NCBI GenBank assembly: GCA_051251915.1
Contig: JBPOGF010000009.1
Span: 90,842-154,841 of the forward strand
Length of the DNA stretch: 64,000 nucleotides
From: Akkermansiaceae bacterium
Lineage (GTDB): Bacteria; Verrucomicrobiota; Verrucomicrobiia; Verrucomicrobiales; Akkermansiaceae
Reading direction: 5' to 3'
Positions 20,758-33,113 of this stretch are shown here, in pieces. Position numbers and translations under genes: made by a program. How positions within the stretch are numbered: position 1 is the stretch's first letter; the number at the start of each line of letters is the position of its first letter. The notes under the pieces are model-generated. The model made no database searches. It saw only the letters and a list, made by a program, of their open reading frames with translations, and had not been told where the DNA came from.

Positions 20758-20800
20758 CATAAAAATCAAGCTCAGCCATTTACCTCCTATCACCTAAAAA

Positions 20801-21856
20801 CTAAAACCAACCTCGCTTTTTAAACAGCACAATCAGCGAGCTAGCTAATAAGAAGAACACACTGAGCAAAATATAGTAACCATACTCATTATTTAGCTCT
20901 GGTATGTTCACAAAGTTCATCCCATACATCCCAGCCAGAAACGATAGCGGCATAAAAATGGCAGAAACAATAGCCAACAACTTCATCACCTCATTCATTC
21001 GATGACTCGTGGTCGTAAAATAAAGCTCTCGCAGGCTCCCCCCCTGCTCTCGCAGAAACTCAGTAGTCTCTATTGCAAAACCAACGTGATCTAACAGATC
21101 ATTAATATAGACCTTCGTAGACTTTTTGATCAACTTCGTATCGGAGCTATACAAATGATGCACCACTCCCTTAAACGGCCTCAGATCACGATAGAGACGC
21201 GTCACCTCACTACGCGCTACATGAACCTCAGTAAGATCTGGCAATGACTTACTATTCATAATCAGGTCCTCCACATCCTCTAAAGATTTATCTAACTGAC
21301 GCAAGTAACTCAATGTCTGATCCACTCCCAGATCCATCAGGGCCCATGTTAAATAGTCCGGCCCCCTTCGCGCCATCCTACTACCCGCCACGTTCACTCG
21401 CTTATAAATCGGCGCAAAGAAATCTCCATCGTCCTCAGTGAAAGTAATCACCACATTCTTTAACATAATCAGACTCATCTGATGCACCTCAAGATCCCCA
21501 TCAGCATCCAGAAATGGTACTTTCTGAGAAATATAAATATAACCGTCAAAATCCTCTACCTTCGCCAAAGAATGCGTATTCATCACATCCTCACCCACCA
21601 TCTTATTAACCCCAAATTGCTGGCAGATAGCACCCACCAAAGCCCCATCATGCAGCCCCGCCAGATCTAACCAGTATCGCTTAGTAATATCTAGTTCTCC
21701 AACCTCTGAGAGATCTTTCAAAATCGTAGTTTCACAGCTATCCTTGTCATAGCAACTCCACTTAAGCACGGTAGTTTCCACACGTCGCTCCCCAGAGAGA
21801 ATCAAAGTCTCTGGCGGTGCTCCTACGGGTTTGATTAGTTGATCCTGATCTAACAT
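20801..21856 (-). CDS. corA: CorA-family Mg2+/Co2+ transporter
   Basis: RMNEVMK, PLSFLAGMYGMNF (GMN signature), C-terminal KKRGWF. Confidence 0.9.
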   Translation of the reverse strand: MLDQDQLIKPVGAPPETLILSGERRVETTVLKWSCYDKDSCETTILKDLSEVGELDITKRYWLDLAGLHDGALVGAICQQFGVNKMVGEDVMNTHSLAKVEDFDGYIYISQKVPFLDADGDLEVHQMSLIMLKNVVITFTEDDGDFFAPIYKRVNVAGSRMARRGPDYLTWALMDLGVDQTLSYLRQLDKSLEDVEDLIMNSKSLPDLTEVHVARSEVTRLYRDLRPFKGVVHHLYSSDTKLIKKSTKVYINDLLDHVGFAIETTEFLREQGGSLRELYFTTTSHRMNEVMKLLAIVSAIFMPLSFLAGMYGMNFVNIPELNNEYGYYILLSVFFLLASSLIVLFKKRGWF

Positions 21857-21948
21857 AATTTTTAGCCTCTACCATTAGTCACCCTGTGAACGATAAGTAA
21901 AGTAAATATAACAAACTCACCTACTTACAGAAAACAACATCCCCTCCG

Positions 21949-22617
21949 CTACGACTCTACAACCCCATCAGTAACCACTAGAGTTCTATTACCAAATCTA
22001 GCAAGACTAGTATCATGAGTCACCACCACAAGCGTCGAACCATCTTCATCCGAAAGCTCTAACAAAAGCCGCATCACCTCCGCTCCATTCTTAGAATCCA
22101 AGTTCCCAGTAGGCTCATCCGCAAAAATAATCTCAGGCTTATTCACCAGTGCTCTAGCTATTGCCACACGCTGTTGCTCTCCGCCACTTAACTCAGCGGG
22201 AAGGTGATCTGAACGATGATCTAATCCCACTCGCTTCAATGCATCCAGCGCAGCCTGCTTATTCTGCTTCCCCCCTATTAAAGCCGGTATCAGCACATTC
22301 TCCACCGCCGTAAATTCTGGCAACAAATAATAGTTCTGAAAAATATAAGCCATCCGTGAGTTACGTAAAATAGACTGATGCTTCTTAGGCAGTTTATACA
22401 GATCTTCGCCATCAATGATCACCCGACCTCCATCTGGCTGCTCTAATCCCGCCAAAGTATACATCAACGTCGTCTTCCCCGCACCACTAGGCCCACAGAG
22501 AAATACCTTTTCTCCTTTCTCAATCTCTAAATTGATCCCCTTGAGCACCTCCACACGTTTTTTACCGATGCTGTATCCTCTATGGACATTATCTGCTTTG
22601 ATGAGTGCCTTATTCAT
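21949..22617 (-). CDS. ABC transporter ATP-binding protein, LolD-like
   Basis: GPSGAGKT, LSGGEQQRVAIARAL, ADEPTGNLD, VVTHD. No permease adjacent. Confidence 0.88.
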   Translation of the reverse strand: MNKALIKADNVHRGYSIGKKRVEVLKGINLEIEKGEKVFLCGPSGAGKTTLMYTLAGLEQPDGGRVIIDGEDLYKLPKKHQSILRNSRMAYIFQNYYLLPEFTAVENVLIPALIGGKQNKQAALDALKRVGLDHRSDHLPAELSGGEQQRVAIARALVNKPEIIFADEPTGNLDSKNGAEVMRLLLELSDEDGSTLVVVTHDTSLARFGNRTLVVTDGVVES

Positions 22618-22666
22618 ACCTATTTAGCTAAACGATAACACACCCATTAGCGACTAAAAAGGCGAC

Positions 22667-22701
22667 AAAAAAGACTGATCTCCGCTAAGAGATCAGTCTT
22701 T
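22667..22701 (-). terminator. Intrinsic terminator after OMP copy 2
   Basis: AAAGACTGATCTC-6 nt-GAGATCAGTCTTT with a T tract on the minus strand. Confidence 0.8.
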
Positions 22702-22747
22702 ATAGTTTTATTTATCCACACATTCTAAATGAGTGAAAAAGCAAGAC

Positions 22748-23359
22748 CTAGAAGTAGAAACGTGTTCCGATCTTGATCGTCTTGTTGAAGTCATCTCCAC
22801 CAGGGAATACATCATCAAATGCGTAATCAGCACCAATTGAGAATGAAAGCGCAAGGTTCTCTCTGATGAAATACTTCACACCAAGGTCGAGACCAAGTGC
22901 AATGGAATCTGCATCAAGAGCATCTGAATTGAGCTTCGCCCACTTGGCTGAAAAGCCTACGAAAGGAACCCACTTAGTTTCGCCCACGAAGTTATACTCA
23001 GTGAAAAGTCCAAGCCCGAAGTTTGCATCACTCTCTTCACCTTGAACAGTAGTGGTGAAACCAATCTGCCAGTTCTCCTTGAAGAAATAACCGTATGAAA
23101 GATTAAGGTTGTATGCGACATCATCTGCGTAATCAATGTTACCACTGAGACCAAATTCCTGAACTCCAACGCTAAGATTAGGGAGTGTTCCATCATTCAT
23201 CTTGAGCATTTGCCCAGGAGTTGCCACTAAGCCTCTACCTGTGTCTGCTGTACCTTTAGCGAAAGCTCTTGCTCCGTCTGTAACAGAGTTTGCAGCCATT
23301 GCAGGCATAGCAAAAGCAGCAGTAGCCGCTCCGATCAACAATGTGTTTTTATATGTCAT
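22748..23359 (-). CDS. Outer-membrane beta-barrel protein, copy 2
   Basis: Start at MTYKN (ATG 23359). The C-terminal 156 aa differ from copy 1 at only 4 positions. Confidence 0.85.
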   Translation of the reverse strand: MTYKNTLLIGAATAAFAMPAMAANSVTDGARAFAKGTADTGRGLVATPGQMLKMNDGTLPNLSVGVQEFGLSGNIDYADDVAYNLNLSYGYFFKENWQIGFTTTVQGEESDANFGLGLFTEYNFVGETKWVPFVGFSAKWAKLNSDALDADSIALGLDLGVKYFIRENLALSFSIGADYAFDDVFPGGDDFNKTIKIGTRFYF

Positions 23360-23540
23360 ATGTTTTATTGTGTTAGTTATTATTTTAGTGTTCTTAAAAA
23401 GGATCCCCCATGATGTTGAATCCTGAACGAGCGACACATTCCCACCAAGATTCCCATTTCGCAAATGAAATTCTATTTATTTTTCACCCTATAAGCACAG
23501 GAAAACTTGCACTATTTTTATAACTATCAATACTACCAAA

Positions 23541-24653
23541 ATGACTAACCGTGAGGCAACTATAGCACTGAACATGCTACCCAAAATTGGCCCCGTTAAA
23601 GTGCGCAGACTCCTTGAAATCCTCGGCTCAGCAGAAGCCATTCTGAAGGCCCCCATAGACTCCCTCACCCGCGCACCTGGAGTTGGTAATGAAACCGCCA
23701 AGATCATCACAACCTGGCAAGACCATATCGATCTCACCACTGAACTCGAAGAAGCCGCCGCCAGAGATCTCACCATCATCACCGAAGAAGATGACTCCTA
23801 CCCCACCCCACTCCGCAACATGTATGATCCCCCTCTCGCCCTCTACATCTGGGGCAAGCTCTCACCTCGCGACAATCACGCCATCTCCATGGTCGGCTCC
23901 CGCAAAACATCCAACTACGGCAGAGAAACCGCCCGTAAACTAGCTCTCCAACTCGCATCCGCTGGCCTCACCATCATCTCAGGCATGGCACGCGGAATCG
24001 ATACCTACTCACACGAAGGAGCCATAGCATCCGGCAAAAACGGCCGCACCATCGCAGTCCTCGGCTCCGGCCTAGGCCAGATTTACCCACCAGAAAATAT
24101 GGCACTCGCAGAAAAAATAGCATCCTCACACGGTGCAGTAGTTTCTGAGTTCCCCATCCATCAACAACCAGACAAGAAAACCTTCCCCATGCGCAACCGC
24201 ATCGTCGCCGCCTGGGCTAACGCCACCCTCGTCGTCGAGTGCCCACAATGGAGCGGCAGCATGATCACCGCAAACCTAGCCACCGAAATGGGCAAACCCA
24301 TCTACGCCGTCCCAGGCCCCATTGATCGCCCCACCTCCGCTGGCTGTAATCACCTCATCCGTGAAGGCGCCACCCTCGTCACCAAGGCAGAAGACATTCT
24401 AGATGACCTCACGGCTCTACCTCTAATAGACATCCCTCACCACGAGCCCACAACCCCGCAACCACCAGACCTCAGCACACTCAGCGAAACAGAAACCCTC
24501 GTCTATCACCAACTCAGCGCAGAAGAAATCACCATCGATCAGCTAGTCACCGCCACTCAACTTAAAATGCCATCCCTCCTCCCAGCTCTCCTCACACTAG
24601 AAATGAAAAAAATAATAAAGCAACTCCCTGGCCCCCGATATAAAATCCGCTAA
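23541..24653 (+). CDS. dprA: DNA-processing protein DprA/Smf
   Basis: YPTPL..MYDPP, MVGSRK, ISGMARGID, FPMRNRIV, SGSMITA, VPGPID, C-terminal winged helix. Confidence 0.95.
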   Translation: MTNREATIALNMLPKIGPVKVRRLLEILGSAEAILKAPIDSLTRAPGVGNETAKIITTWQDHIDLTTELEEAAARDLTIITEEDDSYPTPLRNMYDPPLALYIWGKLSPRDNHAISMVGSRKTSNYGRETARKLALQLASAGLTIISGMARGIDTYSHEGAIASGKNGRTIAVLGSGLGQIYPPENMALAEKIASSHGAVVSEFPIHQQPDKKTFPMRNRIVAAWANATLVVECPQWSGSMITANLATEMGKPIYAVPGPIDRPTSAGCNHLIREGATLVTKAEDILDDLTALPLIDIPHHEPTTPQPPDLSTLSETETLVYHQLSAEEITIDQLVTATQLKMPSLLPALLTLEMKKIIKQLPGPRYKIR

Positions 24654-24681
24654 ACATAACGGTAAGGTAGGAGTCTAAAAG

Positions 24682-24718
24682 AAAACGGGATTTAAGATCA
24701 ATCGACCCTAAATCCCGT
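24682..24718 (-). terminator. Hairpin terminator between convergent dprA and lipoprotein genes
   Basis: ACGGGATTTA...TAAATCCCGT stem with an A run on its left. Confidence 0.6.
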
Positions 24719-24754
24719 AAAATGTTCCGACTCGTAGCAAGTCGGCTTTTATAA

Positions 24755-25048
24755 CTACTGAACTTTGCTAGTAGTGCCTTGCGCCTTGTACGCTTCTTCA
24801 GCTTTTTCTTTAGCTTTTCGCCCTTTCTTTATAAGGTCTTCACCATCTTCAATAGTTTCTTTCCCCTTCTTCTTCATCTTCTCCCCCTTCTTGATCATAG
24901 CATCACCTTTTTCCCAGGCCTTACCAATGTCAGCTACTGCATTGCCTTCAGAAGCAATGCGCGCACCAAGAGTAGAGTTACCAGTACCACAGCTAACAAC
25001 AGCAAATGCGGAAGGGATAATGACGGAGAGTAGAGCTAGTTTATGATT
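24755..25048 (-). CDS. Small lipoprotein with 7-residue K/E/G repeats
   Basis: MNHKLALLSVIIPSAFAVVSC lipobox, then GDAMIKK-GEKMKKK-GKETIED-GEDLIKK. Confidence 0.75.
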   Translation of the reverse strand, partial: NHKLALLSVIIPSAFAVVSCGTGNSTLGARIASEGNAVADIGKAWEKGDAMIKKGEKMKKKGKETIEDGEDLIKKGRKAKEKAEEAYKAQGTTSKVQ

Positions 25049-25168
25049 CATAATTTGATTGGTTAAATTTTGCGAAAACATAATTTAGTTCCAACGCTTG
25101 TCCAGCCCAAACTCATTGGCAATTTTCGATTTACACGTACGTCATAACACCATTATCTTTGAGTAAAT

Positions 25169-27493
25169 TTATTTGAGTAAATTTTCACCCCGGTTTTCTT
25201 CCTGGTGAATCGTGACTGGCCAGCCAGAGAACTGATTGTCGGGCTTACCATCAGTAGCATCAATGAGGAAACGATAACATTCCATCGTGTATGTCTTCTT
25301 CTCAGTATCAATGGTAACAACCCCAAAACCACTACCCTTGTTATGCGCCATCTCATAACGGTTCTTTGAGACCTTTCGAGGATTGTCCATCGGATTACCA
25401 ATAGTATACACAAAGATTTTATTTCCAAAACCATCGAGATACTCCCCTGTATCAGCAAGCCCGTGTGCAGGTCTATTCTCATACGGCATCTTCAGCGCAT
25501 CAGCCTTCCACCACCGCGGATAACCCACCGAAATCGCCGGCGTGCAAAATGACCAATTTGAATCACGCTGCTTCTCAACCCCATACTGCGTCAACGATGT
25601 CAGATGCTGGTCTCCATTAATGTGCAATGCCATCGATTCACGGATCAGATCAATCGCCCTGTTCCTTGGAGTCTGCGGCCAGCCACCAGAATCAAGATCA
25701 CACTTCAAGTAACCTCGCGGGCTACCATGGTGCGTAGCCACACCAGCAAAAACCGTCTGAGTCAGCAGCACTTTCATATCATGCTTACGCCAATCCTTAG
25801 CCCACTTCTCAATGTACTGCTCTTGCCGTTCACCCAGTAACTCTAAACCAGGTTTATCCAGTGTCGTAGCATCATAATCTGACTTTGATATGTGATCAAT
25901 CCTACCTCCACCTTTATTACCAGATTTCTCAGGTCCAGATTTCCACTGACGGTCTGCAATAATGCCAAAGTTAACGCCTCCATACAACATATCGCCATAA
26001 TAAACCGAGATATCTTGCTTGCAAGGAACCGGTGAAGCGAAGTCTGGATGATGTGAACAGTTCGTGCGGTGCACCGCATTGATCATCCTAGCCGGCTGCA
26101 TATAACCTCCAGCACTAGGCCCCTTCACCTCCTTATTAATCGGAGCTCCTCCCTCGCCCCAAATATTGCCATGAAAAACATCATGATCATCAGGTAGACA
26201 AATCGTAGGCGCATTACGCATTGCATCACGGAATGCCCAACCGAACATATAAAACTTACGTAAATAGTTATGGATCGCAGGAATAGCAGGCGAACGGATA
26301 ATCCCATAGCCTCCATGTTGCTCATACAGCTGGTCACCAGAGAAATAAAGCATATCACACTTCAGCTTCACCAGATTATCCGCCACTGGTTGATAAGGAA
26401 AACCCATCGCGTTCTGACAAGTAAGCGCCCCTATACGCAGCTCCTTCCCTGCTGGATCTGCAAGAATAGCCCCTTCCCAGAGGTAAGGTTTTTCTGATCC
26501 ATCGCTATGCTTCTCCCTATAAACTAAACGATACGGAGTCAGAACCTTCGCGTCCCAATTAGTAATGCGGATAGTCGCTGTCCATGCATCGCTATCAAGC
26601 CTTGCCTCCCCTGCTTTTTGCCAAACCCCATCTTTCTCGATTTCCAGCTCCACCTCTTGAGTATCCTCTACCCCCATAGGCCCAGTTAGAGCAGTGATCT
26701 TCATCACGTGCCCATCTGCATTACGATTGTCACTAAGTGAGTACATTGACCACAGAATTGGTCCAAACTGTCTCTCAGGATGATAGCTAAATGCATCTCC
26801 CGAAATTTGCCAATTCCTGAATTTACAACCATCTTTATCCATCTTCCCTGGACGATTAGCACTCTTATCTCCATCACTCGGGAAATGACTAACTACTGCA
26901 AAATTCCCGAGTAAGCTCTCAGCCTCAACTGAATTTGTAAGCATTCCAAGCTGAACGCCATCAACCGGATTAGAAGCACTCAGACTCAACTCCATTTGTC
27001 CACCTACAGGCTTACCAATAAGTGTAATTTCTACATGCGCAGGAACTTCCCCCTTGAGCTCAAGATTCTTTTTACCAATGAATAATAACCGCCCATCAAT
27101 CCCAATATTAAGCCCACTTTTAGAAAAACAACGAGCTCGATGGTCATTAATATCAGTAGTGATTCCCAACCGAAAGCCAGCTCCACCTTTATAGACATTC
27201 TTTTCAGGAAACTGGATCTCTGTAGACAGCGCAAACGGCTTACTAGAGTCACTTATCTCATAGAGAAGTGAGTGGATATTACGATCCGCACTACTTGTCT
27301 GACACGCCGCCCACCCATCTTCAACGAGCCAGTCTTCCATTGGATTCGCCCAAAACCCTCCACCTAACCACATCTTGTCATGTGACAGATTCCATTGATC
27401 AATACGCGTCAGCTTACTCAACGAGGAAGCCGCCAAAAGTGTAGGAGTGCTAAACAAGCTCGTTAGCAGAGTTAGAAAATGTCTTCGTTTCAT
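25169..27493 (-). CDS. PhoD-like metallophosphoesterase, Tat-exported
   Basis: MKRRHFL twin-arginine signal; FSGDQLYE, LPDDHDV, DLDSGGWP, GDQH motifs. Confidence 0.82.
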   Translation of the reverse strand: MKRRHFLTLLTSLFSTPTLLAASSLSKLTRIDQWNLSHDKMWLGGGFWANPMEDWLVEDGWAACQTSSADRNIHSLLYEISDSSKPFALSTEIQFPEKNVYKGGAGFRLGITTDINDHRARCFSKSGLNIGIDGRLLFIGKKNLELKGEVPAHVEITLIGKPVGGQMELSLSASNPVDGVQLGMLTNSVEAESLLGNFAVVSHFPSDGDKSANRPGKMDKDGCKFRNWQISGDAFSYHPERQFGPILWSMYSLSDNRNADGHVMKITALTGPMGVEDTQEVELEIEKDGVWQKAGEARLDSDAWTATIRITNWDAKVLTPYRLVYREKHSDGSEKPYLWEGAILADPAGKELRIGALTCQNAMGFPYQPVADNLVKLKCDMLYFSGDQLYEQHGGYGIIRSPAIPAIHNYLRKFYMFGWAFRDAMRNAPTICLPDDHDVFHGNIWGEGGAPINKEVKGPSAGGYMQPARMINAVHRTNCSHHPDFASPVPCKQDISVYYGDMLYGGVNFGIIADRQWKSGPEKSGNKGGGRIDHISKSDYDATTLDKPGLELLGERQEQYIEKWAKDWRKHDMKVLLTQTVFAGVATHHGSPRGYLKCDLDSGGWPQTPRNRAIDLIRESMALHINGDQHLTSLTQYGVEKQRDSNWSFCTPAISVGYPRWWKADALKMPYENRPAHGLADTGEYLDGFGNKIFVYTIGNPMDNPRKVSKNRYEMAHNKGSGFGVVTIDTEKKTYTMECYRFLIDATDGKPDNQFSGWPVTIHQEENRGENLLK

Positions 27494-27697
27494 AATCAGT
27501 ATACTAAATTTCGTAGCCATCTCTTACGAGAAAAACATCATCCCCCTACTCTAAAGGCAACCTCTCGCACACAACAATGCTCCCCAGCCCATAGGGTAGT
27601 TTAAAACTCCACCTCATAAAATGAGCTAGAGTAAAACAGTTCTAGAGAATAAACGACGGCGATGTGCGCTGCCAGAGCTTGCCTAAACTAACTAGAA

Positions 27698-28612
27698 TTA
27701 CGCATCAATTTTTCTGTACGCCGCAATCAAAGCATCAAGGCCCTCTTTGCCTTTCCCTTTGACTCCGTGCTCCAAACCAATGACACCATTGTAGTCCACT
27801 TTGCGAAGCCACTTAGTCACGGCACCTAAATCCAGATTACCCGTACCCGGCTCTTTACGCCCAGGGCTGTCTCCATACTGCACATATGCCACTTCATCCC
27901 ATACAGCCTCGGCATTCTCGATCAATTTATCACCAAGTCCCATTTCCCCTTCATGGTAGAAATCAGCAAGAAGCTTACAGGATTTACGGTTCACTGCTTT
28001 ACAAAGCTTGTGCCCATGCGCGAAAGTTTGCAAGAGAGGCTCAGCCTTCCTCATTGGATGTGAAATAGGCTCATTACATAAAATAATACCATGCTCCTCA
28101 ACGAGGTCACAGTGATGCTTCACTGTATCAGCCACTTTTATAATCTGCTCATCACGAGTCATCTTATTTCTGTTCCCTGGCACGTAAGTCATCGTTCCTT
28201 GGTTAGTCGCTTTGTTTAGTTCTATCCCTAGCTTTAGGTCAGCCTCTAACGTTGCCTTCTGCTCTGCAGTTAAGTTACTAAAGTCAAATCCCTTGCCCGC
28301 CGTGATAACAGAGACTCCCATTGTCATCTTCTTATCCTTACAGAACTCACCTACCACATCCCAAATTTTACGATCTTTACTCGCCAGATAATTATCCTCC
28401 CACGCACGAAATCCATGATCATACGCAAACTGCATCTGGTCCTTATACCCACCTGGTGAAGTCGCTAGCATTCCTAGATGTGGGGCGAATAACGCCTTAA
28501 ACGGAGCTGCTTTTACCGCAACCGCGGCTTTCTCTTCAAAGGCATTTGCTATGGCCACAGGTCCAGCGAGTGCGCCGGCTATCGTGAGTTTGGTGAAATT
28601 TCTACGGTTCAT
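27698..28612 (-). CDS. Hydroxypyruvate isomerase-like / sugar phosphate isomerase TIM barrel, Tat signal
   Basis: MNRRNF signal; NEPI, DFYH, DSPGRKEPGTG, GLEH. Confidence 0.82.
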   Translation of the reverse strand: MNRRNFTKLTIAGALAGPVAIANAFEEKAAVAVKAAPFKALFAPHLGMLATSPGGYKDQMQFAYDHGFRAWEDNYLASKDRKIWDVVGEFCKDKKMTMGVSVITAGKGFDFSNLTAEQKATLEADLKLGIELNKATNQGTMTYVPGNRNKMTRDEQIIKVADTVKHHCDLVEEHGIILCNEPISHPMRKAEPLLQTFAHGHKLCKAVNRKSCKLLADFYHEGEMGLGDKLIENAEAVWDEVAYVQYGDSPGRKEPGTGNLDLGAVTKWLRKVDYNGVIGLEHGVKGKGKEGLDALIAAYRKIDA

Positions 28613-28743
28613 GATTCTAAAGTAAATAGTGTATGATTTTACAATACGTCCGAACCCTACCACACGTTTCAAAAAGTTAAAAACCTTAACTTAGTATCTT
28701 CATCTCACATCCTAGCCAAAATAAAACCCTTTTCTACAGAGCG

Positions 28744-28779
28744 AAAAAAGCCCGAGCCCACTTGCGTGGTCTCGGGCTT
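28744..28779 (-). terminator. Intrinsic terminator of rpoBC
   Basis: Minus strand AAGCCCGAGACCAC-GCAA-GTGGGCTCGGGCTTTTTT. Confidence 0.85.
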
Positions 28780-28810
28780 ATGAATTATTTCTTTAGTATA
28801 GAGTCACTTC

Positions 28811-33034
<4,224 letters not shown>

Positions 33035-33113
33035 GTGATTTTGATTAGTTATTTGTTATAAGTTAATTGGTAATTGAGGGTGACTCACGCCACCCTTTTG
33101 GTTTGTGTTGAGT

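Larger units (their letters stand above)
18560..23220. repeat. Long imperfect inverted repeat formed by the two OMP genes (about 18560-19034 versus 22748-23220)
   Basis: Near-identical coding sequence on opposite strands, including a 47-nt exact tract gttcaaggtgaagagagtgatgcaaacttcgggcttggacttttcac. Confidence 0.9.

Noticed and set aside
19035..22747. Site-specific invertible element or composite transposon
   Set aside because: No recombinase or transposase in the window and no short terminal repeats. The flanking repeats are intact OMP genes whose strand-specific divergence argues against frequent flipping.
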